A stretch of DNA of 64,000 bases from Pseudomonadota bacterium (GTDB taxonomy: Bacteria; Pseudomonadota; Gammaproteobacteria; Steroidobacterales; Woeseiaceae), in contig JBCAZH010000002.1 of the NCBI GenBank assembly GCA_038533155.1, positions 82,582 through 146,581 of the forward strand. The letters run 5' to 3'. Shown here in pieces: positions 53,313 to 62,587 of the stretch (within the stretch, counting starts at the first letter, position 1; each line of letters begins with the position of its first letter). The notes under the pieces are model-generated. The model did not search any database and was not told the DNA's origin. It saw only the letters and a program-made list of their open reading frames with translations. The position numbers and the translations under genes were made by a program.

Positions 53313-53806
53313 CCAAAAATCGTGAGAATGCGCAGATCAGTGTTGCGCAAGCGTCGGATCAGCCCGCGATTTTGGATTTGATACCCATGCTTGCGGACTT
53401 CGATGTGCCGGCGGCGCGAAATCCAGATGACCTGTGGATGAGCGATGCGGAGCTGATTCGGCAGCACTTTGCTGGTAGCGCACCTCAGACACGCGTATTG
53501 GTGGTCAAAGGGGCGGAACAGCAGCTGTTGGGCTTCGCATTGGTTTCGATTGGGGAGGAGCCACTGAGTCACGCCTCCAATGCGCATCTTGAGGCGATCG
53601 TCGTTGCGCCGGAAGGGCGAGGGCTGGGGCTCGGCCGCCGACTGATGGCAGCGACCGAGCACTTGGCGAGAGAAGAAGGGGTTTCATCGGTCACGTTGAA
53701 CGCGTTCGCCAACAATCGCCGCGCGAGAAACCTCTACGAGTCGTTAGGGTTTGACGGCGAACTCATCCGCTACATCAAACGGCTTCCGAGTGAACCGTCG
53801 GCGTAG
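53309..53806 (+). CDS. GNAT family N-acetyltransferase
   Basis: Acetyl-CoA binding motif IVVAPEGRGLGLGRRLM and C-terminal NRRARNLYESLGF. GTG 53309 overlaps the tadA stop (GTGA). Confidence 0.8.
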   Translation: MTKNRENAQISVAQASDQPAILDLIPMLADFDVPAARNPDDLWMSDAELIRQHFAGSAPQTRVLVVKGAEQQLLGFALVSIGEEPLSHASNAHLEAIVVAPEGRGLGLGRRLMAATEHLAREEGVSSVTLNAFANNRRARNLYESLGFDGELIRYIKRLPSEPSA

Positions 53807-54496
53807 AGCCAGCGTCGCGATCAATCCCCCTAAGGTCAGCATTCCTGTCGATCCGCCGCCGCCTTCGTTACTAACCACGACGATCGGTTCATTGGCTTCA
53901 TCGAGAGAGATACTCTCCAATGGCAGGTCAAACAACTCCGCAGAATCACTCGGTCCGAAATCTGCAACCAACCGACCGTCAAAGGCGTCATAGATCTCGA
54001 TAAGCAGATCGTAGTATCCAGTCGGAAAACCCGACACGAGATCTGCGTCATAGAAGTACTCGTCGTTGCCGCTTGAACCGAAGATTCGAAACGTATCGGT
54101 GACGCCGTACTCGGTCCATGGGCCGCCCTCCAAAGAGAGATACAAAACGGCATAAACATCTGCGGAACTAAAGACGGTATCGACGTCGAATGTGAGTTCA
54201 ACACGGGTTGAGAAGCCGTCGAAATCGAAATCGTCTCGAATTACGGCAAATGCATCGAACACCCAAAAGTCGATGTTAACGGCGCTGGTTGAAGGCGCAT
54301 TGACCGTTGCGCGCGCCGTTCTGACGCCGTCCCCGCGCTCTGGCTTGGCCTTGACAGTCCGCTCAGGCCGCCCGGCGTCTCGTTCAGAAACGAGCCCTTG
54401 CGTTGCCAAGGTCTCAGCATCGGCCTCCGGCGTATTGTCCGCTGCGGCGGTGAGGGCCAGCCCCGATAGCGCCAGGGCAATCAACTTCGCTTTCAT
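53744..54496 (-). CDS. Secreted acidic protein with GlyGly-CTERM-like C-terminal sorting region (hypothetical)
   Basis: Signal peptide MKAKLIALALSGLALTAAA, an Asp/Phe/Tyr-rich body, then EGGGGSTGMLTLGGLIATLALRRR. The ORF continues 19 aa past the RRR and overlaps the convergent GNAT gene by 63 nt. Confidence 0.55.
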   Translation of the reverse strand: MKAKLIALALSGLALTAAADNTPEADAETLATQGLVSERDAGRPERTVKAKPERGDGVRTARATVNAPSTSAVNIDFWVFDAFAVIRDDFDFDGFSTRVELTFDVDTVFSSADVYAVLYLSLEGGPWTEYGVTDTFRIFGSSGNDEYFYDADLVSGFPTGYYDLLIEIYDAFDGRLVADFGPSDSAELFDLPLESISLDEANEPIVVVSNEGGGGSTGMLTLGGLIATLALRRRFTRKPFDVADEFAVKP

Positions 54497-54567
54497 GGTA
54501 TCTGCTCCATCTTTTCAGGGTGCAGATGTATTAGGCAACGGTGACGCTGAACCGTCGCTGAACCACG

Positions 54568-55983
54568 TTAACGTCGGGCTACGACCTCGGTGGGCGTCGG
54601 CAGCGTCTCTTCCGGCGGCAGGGGGCCCTCGGGCACATCGTTCTGGCGTTCCAGCCAGTTAAGGATTGCACGATAGTTGCGGATGTTCTCAACATACGTG
54701 ACGGGTTCCCATCCTCTGGCATAGCCGTGCTCGACTCTCTGGTACCAGCGCCGCTGGGCGAGCAAAGGCAGTGCGTCGCGCACGTCCACCCACCGATCCG
54801 GGTCGCCTTTTTGCATCTCGACAATTTTTCGGGCGTCCTTCAGGTGAAAGTAGCCGACGTTGTATGCCGCCAACGCCATCCATGTGCGATCCGGCTCCGG
54901 CACGCCGTCGCCGATCCGTTCCTTCAAGCGCTCAAAGAACGCGGCGCCGCCCGCGATACTCTGGGCGGGATCCTCACGGTCTTTGATTCCGACGTAGTCA
55001 GCGGTGGCACGCGTCAACATCATGATGCCGCGTACACCCGTCGGTGATACGGCTGATCGTCGCCAGTGCGACTCCTGATAACCAATGGCTGCCAGAAGTG
55101 TCCAGTCGAGTCCGGTTCGATCTGCAGCTTCCTCGAACATATCGCGGTATCGCGGCAGGCGCGATTCATAGTGTCGGATAAACGCGCGTGTGCCCACGTA
55201 GTCGAAGTCGTCGTTGTGGCCGTAGTAGCGGTCCAAGATTCGCGTGAGTTCGCCGTTACGCCGAATCTTCTGCAGATATTGATTGGCGCGATCAACCAGG
55301 GTTCGGCCGCCGTGGGCTGGGAACGCCCACGCAATGGAGTTCGCAACGTCGAGGTCCAACGCAATCCGCAGTTCAGGGTGAAATTGCCGATTAATACTGA
55401 AATCGGTTGAATCGGCGACTGTGTAAGGAATGTCACCGTTCGCGACAGCTTCCAAAAGCTCGGCGCTCTCCGTGTCAGGGTCTTCGCGATAGCTCAGCGT
55501 GGGCCATTCTGCCGATAGCGCCTCGAGCGTTTCGGCATGGCTTGAGCCTGCCATAACAACCACTTCTGCATCCTCGATGTCAGCGAGCGTATCGGGTTTG
55601 CCGTTTCCCCGGCGGTACACAAGGTGCTGTTCCACTTGTTGGTAGGGCTGGCTGAACAGGACTTGTTGCAGGCGTTCCTCTGTGATGGACAAGCCTGCTG
55701 CGGCAAGATGCGCCTGACCACTGCTGACGGCGGGAATTAAGTCCGCCACCGCACTGCGGGGTTGCATGACCAGGCTGACGCCGAGCTCATCCGCAAATCC
55801 TTTGGCGAGATCAAACTCGGGTCCGGTTGGCACGTCAGCACCCATGTAGTAGGTGGTTGGCGCATTCCGAGTCACCACTCGCAGCTCGCCGAGTTCCAGG
55901 ATCTGATCCAACAACGGCGGCGGAAGGTGCACCGAAGTCAGTGCGCCCGCGGCGATACATGCGATCAACGCTCGCATGGTCAA
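54568..55983 (-). CDS. mltF: Membrane-bound lytic murein transglycosylase F
   Basis: N-terminal periplasmic-binding-protein-like domain (LRVVTRNAPTTYY) plus a C-terminal SLT domain (IGYQESHW...GIMMLT...AYNVG). Confidence 0.88.
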   Translation of the reverse strand: MTMRALIACIAAGALTSVHLPPPLLDQILELGELRVVTRNAPTTYYMGADVPTGPEFDLAKGFADELGVSLVMQPRSAVADLIPAVSSGQAHLAAAGLSITEERLQQVLFSQPYQQVEQHLVYRRGNGKPDTLADIEDAEVVVMAGSSHAETLEALSAEWPTLSYREDPDTESAELLEAVANGDIPYTVADSTDFSINRQFHPELRIALDLDVANSIAWAFPAHGGRTLVDRANQYLQKIRRNGELTRILDRYYGHNDDFDYVGTRAFIRHYESRLPRYRDMFEEAADRTGLDWTLLAAIGYQESHWRRSAVSPTGVRGIMMLTRATADYVGIKDREDPAQSIAGGAAFFERLKERIGDGVPEPDRTWMALAAYNVGYFHLKDARKIVEMQKGDPDRWVDVRDALPLLAQRRWYQRVEHGYARGWEPVTYVENIRNYRAILNWLERQNDVPEGPLPPEETLPTPTEVVARR

Positions 55984-56060
55984 ATGGGCCTAAGCGGAGA
56001 GTTCAGAACCATGTGACCAGTATACCAACGCAGCTACCGCGGGTTAGGGTCCTCGAGGGG

Positions 56061-56089
56061 GTGAAAGCAGCGGCCGGGCCTGAGATAAT
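56061..56089 (+). promoter_or_regulatory. Putative sigma-70 promoter of the SRP RNA gene
   Basis: -35 GTGAAA (56061-56066), a 17-nt spacer and -10 GATAAT (56084-56089). This places the transcription start about 7 nt downstream, at the predicted RNA 5' end (56097). Confidence 0.45.
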
Positions 56090-56096
56090 AGCGACT

Positions 56097-56202
56097 GGTC
56101 CGCGCCGGCTACCCCGCGACGGTCAGCCGTGAACCCCGTCAGGCCCGGAAGGGAGCAGCGGCAGCGGTCACACCGGGTGCCGGGGAGCAGCTGGTGCGGG
56201 CC
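56097..56202 (+). ncRNA. ffs: Signal recognition particle RNA (4.5S RNA, small bacterial type)
   Basis: Conserved domain IV sequence GUCAGGCCCGGAAGGGAGCAGC with a GGAA tetraloop (56147-56150). A 14-bp closing helix pairs 56097-56110 with 56189-56202 (3 G-U pairs) and is followed by TTTTAT. It lies immediately upstream of dnaX, a common arrangement. Confidence 0.85.
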
Positions 56203-56243
56203 TTTTATCTGCGAGATACGCTCGCTGTAGGCCAGAGAATTCC

Positions 56244-57851
56244 ATGAGCTATCTTGTTCTAGCGCGCAAATATAGACCCGTCGGTTTCGAGGACGTGGTC
56301 GGCCAGGAGCACGTACTACGCGCACTCAGCCATGCGCTGGACCATCAACGCCTCCACCACGCTTATCTTTTCTCAGGAACACGGGGTGTCGGCAAAACCA
56401 CACTCGCTCGAATTCTCGCCAAGGCGCTGAATTGCGAGACCGGCGTATCGTCAAAGCCGTGTGGTGTCTGTTCGGCCTGTACTGAAATCGATTCGGGGCG
56501 ATTTGTCGATTTAATCGAGGTGGATGCCGCGTCTCGAACCAAGGTCGACGATACGCGGGAGCTGTTGGATAACGTCCAATACGCGGCGACACGGGGTCGG
56601 TACAAGGTGTACTTAATCGACGAAGTGCATATGTTATCGACCCATTCTTTCAATGCATTACTTAAGACTCTTGAGGAACCGCCTGAGCATGTGAAGTTCT
56701 TGCTGGCAACGACTGATCCACAGAAGCTGCCAGTGACTGTGTTGTCCCGGTGTCTGCAATTCAATCTCAAGCGGATACCACCGCAATTGATCGCAGATCG
56801 ACTGCAGGAAATTGCTGAAGCGGAGTCGATTCAAGCGGACGCGGGTGCGCTAAGACTGTTGGCGCGCGGTGCAGATGGAAGTCTACGCGACGGGCTGAGT
56901 TTGATGGATCAAGCGATCGCTTTTGGCGACGGTCAATTGGTCGAGCGTGATGTGTCACAGATGTTGGGTACGCTCGACGATGCCTTTGTCCTTGAAATTT
57001 TGGATGCGTTGATCGACCAATCAGGTGCGAAGCTTGCCCAAATTGTGGCCAAAGCCGCTGAGCGAGTGCCTGACTTTGCTGCGCTACTGGATGATCTCGC
57101 TCGCGCATTTACCGCGATTGCCTTGCAACAAGCGGGTGCCGCGGACAAGCCAGACGACGGTGCTTTTCCTGCGGATCGCTATGCCGACCTGCTACCACCT
57201 GAGATCGTTCAGCTGTACTACCAGATTGCAACGCACGGTCGCAGAGACTTGCCGCTGGCCCCTGATGCGCGCACCGGCATGGAAATGACGCTGCTCCGAA
57301 TGCTGGCGTTTACGCCAAACGGCAGCGTCAGCTCCGTCAACCAAACCCCGCCGACTCGCGCGCCCGCAGCCTCGGGTGGGTCTAAGGCGGCAGCGAATGT
57401 TGTCGCCCAAACGAACACGTCGAACGTCTCCGCTGCAACCGGCAAGCCTGAAGAATCGGATCCGTCGCGCGAGTGGTATCGCCTGGTAGGTGCGCTTGAG
57501 CTCGACGGCGTTGTGCGAATGCTCGCGGCCAACTGTGCCTGGGTCGGCCGGGAAGGCGACCATATCTCGCTGTCTCTCGACAAGCGAAGCTCAGCCTTGC
57601 TGACCGACGCTAGAGTCAAAGTGTTAGAGACGGCGCTTTCGGGACACCACGGTCAGTCAATAAGGGTCACCGTGGCTATTGCTGGCGCGGAAACCGTAGA
57701 GACGCCCGCAGTGCAAAAGCAGCGTGATGTTCAATCACAGCAGTCGCAAGCGGTTGAAACCCTGCAAAACGATGCGGGGGTGACCGCGTTGCAAGAGCTG
57801 ATGGGCGCAGAGTTGGATCCAGGGTCCGTGCGAAGTGGTGACGCGACGTAG
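56244..57851 (+). CDS. dnaX: DNA polymerase III subunit gamma/tau
   Basis: LARKYRP..F.DVVGQEHV, Walker A GTRGVGKTT, the zinc module CGVCSACTEI, and DEVHMLS. Confidence 0.93.
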   Translation: MSYLVLARKYRPVGFEDVVGQEHVLRALSHALDHQRLHHAYLFSGTRGVGKTTLARILAKALNCETGVSSKPCGVCSACTEIDSGRFVDLIEVDAASRTKVDDTRELLDNVQYAATRGRYKVYLIDEVHMLSTHSFNALLKTLEEPPEHVKFLLATTDPQKLPVTVLSRCLQFNLKRIPPQLIADRLQEIAEAESIQADAGALRLLARGADGSLRDGLSLMDQAIAFGDGQLVERDVSQMLGTLDDAFVLEILDALIDQSGAKLAQIVAKAAERVPDFAALLDDLARAFTAIALQQAGAADKPDDGAFPADRYADLLPPEIVQLYYQIATHGRRDLPLAPDARTGMEMTLLRMLAFTPNGSVSSVNQTPPTRAPAASGGSKAAANVVAQTNTSNVSAATGKPEESDPSREWYRLVGALELDGVVRMLAANCAWVGREGDHISLSLDKRSSALLTDARVKVLETALSGHHGQSIRVTVAIAGAETVETPAVQKQRDVQSQQSQAVETLQNDAGVTALQELMGAELDPGSVRSGDAT

Positions 57852-57888
57852 GCTGCGTTCGCAGATTTGATCGATTGGGAGTGGTGCG

Positions 57889-58212
57889 ATGAAAGGCGGA
57901 ATAGGGCAGATGCTCAAGCAGGCGAAAGCGATGCAGAGCAACATGGAGAAGCTCCAGGAAGAGCTGGCCGATCTAGAAGTTGTCGGAGAGGCGGGTGCAG
58001 GAATGGTATCTGTAACAATGACATGCAAGCATATTGTCAAGTCGATTCAAATTGACGATGCGTTGCTCGGCGATGATCGAGAGATGCTTGAGGACGTCAT
58101 CGCGGCTGGCTTTAACGATGCTTTGCGAAAGGCGGAAGCCAAGACGCAAGAAAAAATGGCCGAAATTACTGGTGGGCTGAATCTGCCTGCCGGCATGAAA
58201 CTGCCGTTCTAG
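57889..58212 (+). CDS. ybaB: Nucleoid-associated protein YbaB/EbfC
   Basis: 107 aa with [25 protein letters not shown]...GMVSVTMTC. Conserved dnaX-ybaB-recR order. Confidence 0.92.
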   Translation: MKGGIGQMLKQAKAMQSNMEKLQEELADLEVVGEAGAGMVSVTMTCKHIVKSIQIDDALLGDDREMLEDVIAAGFNDALRKAEAKTQEKMAEITGGLNLPAGMKLPF

Positions 58213-58228
58213 CCGGAGTCTATTCGAC

Positions 58229-58843
58229 TTGTCGTTTACGCCACTGCTAACGGATTTGATCGATGCGCTACGCTGCTTGCCGGGTGTTGGCCAGAAGACC
58301 GCTCAGCGTATGGCGTTCTCCCTGCTTGAAGGCGATCGCAGCGACTCGGGACATTTGGCATCCGCGCTGACGCGGGCGGCTGAAGGTATTCGACATTGCA
58401 GTCGCTGCCGGATGTACACGGAGGCGGAGATTTGTTCGATCTGCTCAAATCCCGGCAGAGACGACAGCATCTTGTGCGTGGTGGAGTCGCCGGCGGACGT
58501 ACTGGCGATCGATGGCGCGACAGGGTTTCGCGGCCGCTATTTCGTTCTGCTCGGGCACCTGTCCCCATTGGATGGCATCGGGCCGTCTGAGTTGGGCATG
58601 GACTTACTCGCGCAGCGTATCCAATCCGAACAGTTGGACGAGATCATCATCGCCACCAATCCAACGGTTGAGGGTGACGCGACCGCGCATTTCATTGCGG
58701 AGCTCGCGGCTTCAAGCAACATCACTGTCAGCAGGATCGCGCACGGCGTGCCGGTCGGGGGTGAACTTGAGTTCGTGGACGGTGGCACCTTATCGCATGC
58801 ATTCGTCGGGCGCAGAAGTGTGGGTCAGGCGGGAGGATCTTGA
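58229..58843 (+). CDS. recR: Recombination protein RecR
   Basis: [21 protein letters not shown], the zinc finger [16 protein letters not shown], and Toprim [15 protein letters not shown] start. Confidence 0.93.
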   Translation: MSFTPLLTDLIDALRCLPGVGQKTAQRMAFSLLEGDRSDSGHLASALTRAAEGIRHCSRCRMYTEAEICSICSNPGRDDSILCVVESPADVLAIDGATGFRGRYFVLLGHLSPLDGIGPSELGMDLLAQRIQSEQLDEIIIATNPTVEGDATAHFIAELAASSNITVSRIAHGVPVGGELEFVDGGTLSHAFVGRRSVGQAGGS

Positions 58844-59205
58844 TGTCGTCGAATGACACTTGCCTATTTTGCGAGATTGTTGCGGGACGTATCCCCTGCG
58901 ATAAGATTTTTGAGAACGAGCAGGTGCTCGGCTTTCGTGATATCAATCCCCAAGCGCCGATTCATGTCCTGTTCGTCCCGAAACCGCACATTGCAACTGT
59001 GAACGATATACAAGACTCACAGGCGGAACTCATCGGGCAGCTGGTTCTCGCCGCACGTGACTTTGCCAAAACCGAAGGGTTTGCAGACGACGGTTATCGT
59101 TTGATTATCAACTGCAATGAAGATGGTGGTCAGACTGTCTACCACTTGCATCTGCACTTGTTGGCCGGTGCCAAGATGCCCATGGGTTTTGGTCACAGTG
59201 GCTAG
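58843..59205 (+). CDS. Histidine triad (HIT) nucleotide-binding protein
   Basis: CLFCEIVAG N-terminus and the HLHLHLL histidine triad. The ATG at 58843 overlaps the recR stop (TGATG), after a GGGAGGA RBS. Confidence 0.88.
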   Translation: MSSNDTCLFCEIVAGRIPCDKIFENEQVLGFRDINPQAPIHVLFVPKPHIATVNDIQDSQAELIGQLVLAARDFAKTEGFADDGYRLIINCNEDGGQTVYHLHLHLLAGAKMPMGFGHSG

Positions 59206-60113
59206 TAGCGCTGGCTTGAGAGTTGGCGATTCAATTGCGCGAGTCTCAGGTAGCTCTTGTACCGCCGCTCATCGATTCGGCCGTCGTTGACGCGCGCCTT
59301 AACCTCACAATCGGGCTCGGCGCGGTGACTGCAATCGGCAAATCGGCAGAGGTCGCTCGCTTGTAGAATTTCCCTAAATCCGCTGGCAACTCGCTCGGGC
59401 TGGATGAGTGCTGGCGCGTAGTCTCGCACGCCGGGCGAATCGATGACCGTCACCGCATCTTCGAACATCATCAGGCGGGCGGCGACAGTGGTGTGTCGCC
59501 CCTCATCGTTGGCTTCAGACACTGCGCGAGTTCTTTGTAACTCATTGCCTGACAGTGCGTTGATCAACGATGACTTTCCGACGCCGGACAATCCGACAAA
59601 AATTGATAGCTCGCCGCGCATCAGGCTGCGTAGGTTTTCGATGCCGCTAGACTGCGGCACGCTGGTCTCAATCACCGGGTATCCGATATCTCGGTAAACC
59701 TGGACAGCATCTGGTACGCCAACCAGGTCGGCTTTGTTCCACACGATGGCGGCTTTCGTTGGCATCAGTTCAGCGGCGGCCAGATAGCGATCGGCAACAA
59801 ACCAGTCCGGCTGCGGTTTGCTTGCAACGACCACGACCATCATCGAGACGTTGGCGGCCAGCGTTTCCCGTCGACCTCGGGAGTCGGTGCGGCTGAGCTC
59901 ATTGAGCCTGGACTCGACGGACTCAATCTGCCAGTCGGACTCACCGGGCAGGGGGCGCGCTACGACGCGGTCACCGGTCACGGGCCGCTGGCGTTTACCT
60001 TTCGCGCGAGCGGGCACTGGGTGCGACGTGGGGCTGTCGATGTCGCATAATTCGAAGCGTGCGCCGAAAGTGGCGGTAACTCGCATCGTTTTGGCGGATT
60101 CAGTGATCGTCAT
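59202..60113 (-). CDS. rsgA: Ribosome small-subunit-dependent GTPase A
   Basis: Circularly permuted GTPase (NKADL ... GLSGVGKSSLINAL), a C-terminal zinc cluster (CRFADCSHRAEPDC) and an OB N-terminus. The start is trimmed to ATG complement 60111-60113. Confidence 0.9.
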   Translation of the reverse strand: MTITESAKTMRVTATFGARFELCDIDSPTSHPVPARAKGKRQRPVTGDRVVARPLPGESDWQIESVESRLNELSRTDSRGRRETLAANVSMMVVVVASKPQPDWFVADRYLAAAELMPTKAAIVWNKADLVGVPDAVQVYRDIGYPVIETSVPQSSGIENLRSLMRGELSIFVGLSGVGKSSLINALSGNELQRTRAVSEANDEGRHTTVAARLMMFEDAVTVIDSPGVRDYAPALIQPERVASGFREILQASDLCRFADCSHRAEPDCEVKARVNDGRIDERRYKSYLRLAQLNRQLSSQRY

Positions 60114-60166
60114 GTCTACATTATGCCCGTCGGGAGTAGCTAGACATCTCTGATACACTTGCCTGC

Positions 60167-60751
60167 ATGACTGATATTCCCCACAACCGCTTCATCTGGA
60201 TTGATCTTGAAATGACAGGTCTGGATCCCGATGGCGATCGAATTATTGAAATCGCAACCATCGTAACCGATCACGAGCTGAACGAGCTCGCTTCCGGCCC
60301 AGTGATCGCCGTCCACCAGACCGATGAACGCCTCGATGGCATGGATGAATGGAATACCCGGCAGCATGGCGGTTCAGGTCTGACCGAGCGCGTACGGACC
60401 AGCGACTACACGGAGCGGCAAGCGGAAAAGACGACCCTTGCGTTCCTGCGCGACTGGGTGCGAGAAGGCAGCTCTCCCATGTGTGGTAACAGCATCTGCC
60501 AAGACCGTCGTTTTTTGGCGCGTTACATGCCGGAGCTGGAAGCGTTTTTCCATTACCGAAATCTAGATGTCAGCACGCTGAAAATTTTGGCGCAGCAGTG
60601 GGCGCCGACGCTTTGTCATGGCATCAAGAAGCAAGGGTTGCATCTCGCGTTGGAAGATATCCGTGACTCTATAGCGGAGCTTCAGCATTACCGCGAATTG
60701 TGGCTGCAACCAGGTATCGATGTGTTTATGGCTGCGTCGGATATCCAGTAA
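60167..60751 (+). CDS. orn: Oligoribonuclease
   Basis: [26 protein letters not shown] DEDDh motif I and [14 protein letters not shown] motif III. Divergent from rsgA, as in E. coli. Confidence 0.95.
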   Translation: MTDIPHNRFIWIDLEMTGLDPDGDRIIEIATIVTDHELNELASGPVIAVHQTDERLDGMDEWNTRQHGGSGLTERVRTSDYTERQAEKTTLAFLRDWVREGSSPMCGNSICQDRRFLARYMPELEAFFHYRNLDVSTLKILAQQWAPTLCHGIKKQGLHLALEDIRDSIAELQHYRELWLQPGIDVFMAASDIQ

Positions 60752-61386
60752 TGGTCTCGAGACCGGAGGATCCGCCGCTTCGATCCTCGCCAGCCTGTGA
60801 AAGAAACCAAGCCGCGATAAGGTCGGTGCTCGAGGACTGGGTCGTTGATAACGGTGTGCTGTTGGAGATTGGTAGCGGCACCGGCCAGCATGCTGCCTAT
60901 TTGATTGATCTGTTTACCCACCTTGTTTGGCAGCCGAGCGATCGCGTGCCCGATCACAAGAGTATCGCTGGCTGGGCAAGTACATCGAGTGATCCGGCGC
61001 GCATCCGTCGCGCGTTGACGCTAGACGTTAGCGACGAACAAGCGTGGGCGAACGCACCTCGCTTCCAAACGTTACTTACCGTCAATACGCTACACATCAT
61101 GTCGTGGGAGCATGTGCAGCAGCTGTTCTATCACTCGGCGGCAATTGCAGATGCCAATGGCCGGTTGTTGGTCTACGGTCCGTTTCACGAGAACGGCGGC
61201 CCGACGAGCGAAGGTAACGCCGTCTTCGACAACCAGCTTCGCGCCGAAGGGGGTGGTATGGGAATTCGTGATATTGAATCGGTTCGTGCGACGGCCGCAG
61301 CCAATGACTGGTTAGAACGTGCGCACTACCAGATGCCAGCAAACAACCAGATGTTGGTCTTTGGCCGACCGGGTCTTTCAGATTGA
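60751..61386 (+). CDS. DUF938 domain-containing protein (SAM-methyltransferase-like fold)
   Basis: PACERNQAAI...VLEIGSGTGQHAAYL...WQPSD is typical of DUF938. The ATG overlaps the orn stop (TAATG). Confidence 0.65.
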   Translation: MVSRPEDPPLRSSPACERNQAAIRSVLEDWVVDNGVLLEIGSGTGQHAAYLIDLFTHLVWQPSDRVPDHKSIAGWASTSSDPARIRRALTLDVSDEQAWANAPRFQTLLTVNTLHIMSWEHVQQLFYHSAAIADANGRLLVYGPFHENGGPTSEGNAVFDNQLRAEGGGMGIRDIESVRATAAANDWLERAHYQMPANNQMLVFGRPGLSD

Positions 61387-61787
61387 GCGATCATCGCCAG
61401 TGGGTGGCTGGGGGATGTCATTGTGGCGACGTCCGGTTCGAGGTGGCGTTGTCCGAGAAGACTGTCGCACATGCGTGCAACTGCAGCATCTGTGCGGCGA
61501 CAGGGTTTGTCGGTGCAATCATTCCGCTCTCGCGTTTTCGGTTGCTGCAAGGTAAAGATGCGTTAACGGACTACCGCTTCAATACCGGGGTCGCGCGCCA
61601 TCTGTTTTGTCGCACCTGTGGCGTTAAGTCTTTTTATCGCCCTCGTTCAAATCCGGACGGTGTCAGTATCAACATTGCCTGCATCGAGCTTCCCGACGGG
61701 TTTCAGGTTGAAGTGGAGGCGTTCGATGGGCAGAACTGGGAAGCGCACGCGGCGGATTTGGCCGCGTTATCCCAAGAGTCTGACTGA
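61383..61787 (+). CDS. GFA (glutathione-dependent formaldehyde-activating / CENP-V) family protein
   Basis: Zinc-cysteine pattern GGCHCGDVRFEV...CNCSIC...FCRTCG. Confidence 0.8.
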   Translation: MSDHRQWVAGGCHCGDVRFEVALSEKTVAHACNCSICAATGFVGAIIPLSRFRLLQGKDALTDYRFNTGVARHLFCRTCGVKSFYRPRSNPDGVSINIACIELPDGFQVEVEAFDGQNWEAHAADLAALSQESD

Positions 61788-61853
61788 GCGATGCGAACTG
61801 TAGCCAAGTGCAGACAGTGTACAAATCGGGCCTTACGGCTTAATCTCGCGGCC

Positions 61854-62549
61854 ATGAAACAAACCGCTCTAATGATTCTGCTTTCCTTGTCGTTTTTCGC
61901 GATCACTGCGTCGGCTCAGGAGTCGTCTGAACGCCAGTACGTGACCGATATCTTTGAGATCACGATGCGCCGCGGCCCCAGTACCCAAAATGCGATTGTC
62001 CGGATGCTCGAATCCGGGACGCCGGTTGAGGTCTTGGAGCAGGATTCGGCGAGTGGGTATAGCCGGGTTCGATTAACGACGAGCGATACTGAAGGGTATG
62101 TGCTGACGCGCTACCTCATGCGAGATCCGGCGGCGCGCAGCCAAGTGGCTGATCTACAAAGTCGCGTGGCATCGCTGCGCAGTGAGAGCGGCGACCAGGG
62201 TCGGGAATTGGATGATCTCAGAACCTCCAACGCAACCTCGCAACAACGGGTGCGCGCACTGGAGCAAGAGAACCAAAGGTTGTCCTCTGCGCTCGCCGAT
62301 CTTGAGCAAAAGGCATCGAACGTGCTCGCAATTGATCGCGAAAACATGACGCTTCGAACCACACTGCAAGAGACTGAGATTGAACTGCAAGGACTGCAAC
62401 AGTCCAACGCAGACCTTCGCAGTCAAAAGGCGCTGTACGGTTTCGTCGTCGGCGCCGGCGTGCTGCTGTTGGGAATCGTACTTGGCCTCGTACTTCCGGG
62501 CCTACGTCGTCGGAAGCGCGGTGGCTACGGTTCCGGCGATCTGCTCTGA
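61854..62549 (+). CDS. SH3 domain membrane protein (TIGR04211/YgiM-like)
   Basis: Signal peptide, a bacterial SH3 domain (YVTDIFEITMRRGPSTQNAIVRMLESGTPVEVLE...GYVLTRYL), a coiled coil and a C-terminal TM span. The start is trimmed to MKQTALMILL (ATG 61854). Confidence 0.75.
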   Translation: MKQTALMILLSLSFFAITASAQESSERQYVTDIFEITMRRGPSTQNAIVRMLESGTPVEVLEQDSASGYSRVRLTTSDTEGYVLTRYLMRDPAARSQVADLQSRVASLRSESGDQGRELDDLRTSNATSQQRVRALEQENQRLSSALADLEQKASNVLAIDRENMTLRTTLQETEIELQGLQQSNADLRSQKALYGFVVGAGVLLLGIVLGLVLPGLRRRKRGGYGSGDLL

Positions 62550-62587
62550 CGCCGCGATCCGTTAGTCAAAGCTGTCGATCGAGAGGC

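Noticed and set aside
56244-57851. Searched dnaX for an E. coli-style programmed -1 frameshift site (A AAA AAG plus a downstream hairpin) that would produce the gamma subunit.
   Set aside because: I saw no run of six or more A residues anywhere in the gene by eye, so there is no evidence for that mechanism here. Absence is common outside enterics and is not remarkable.
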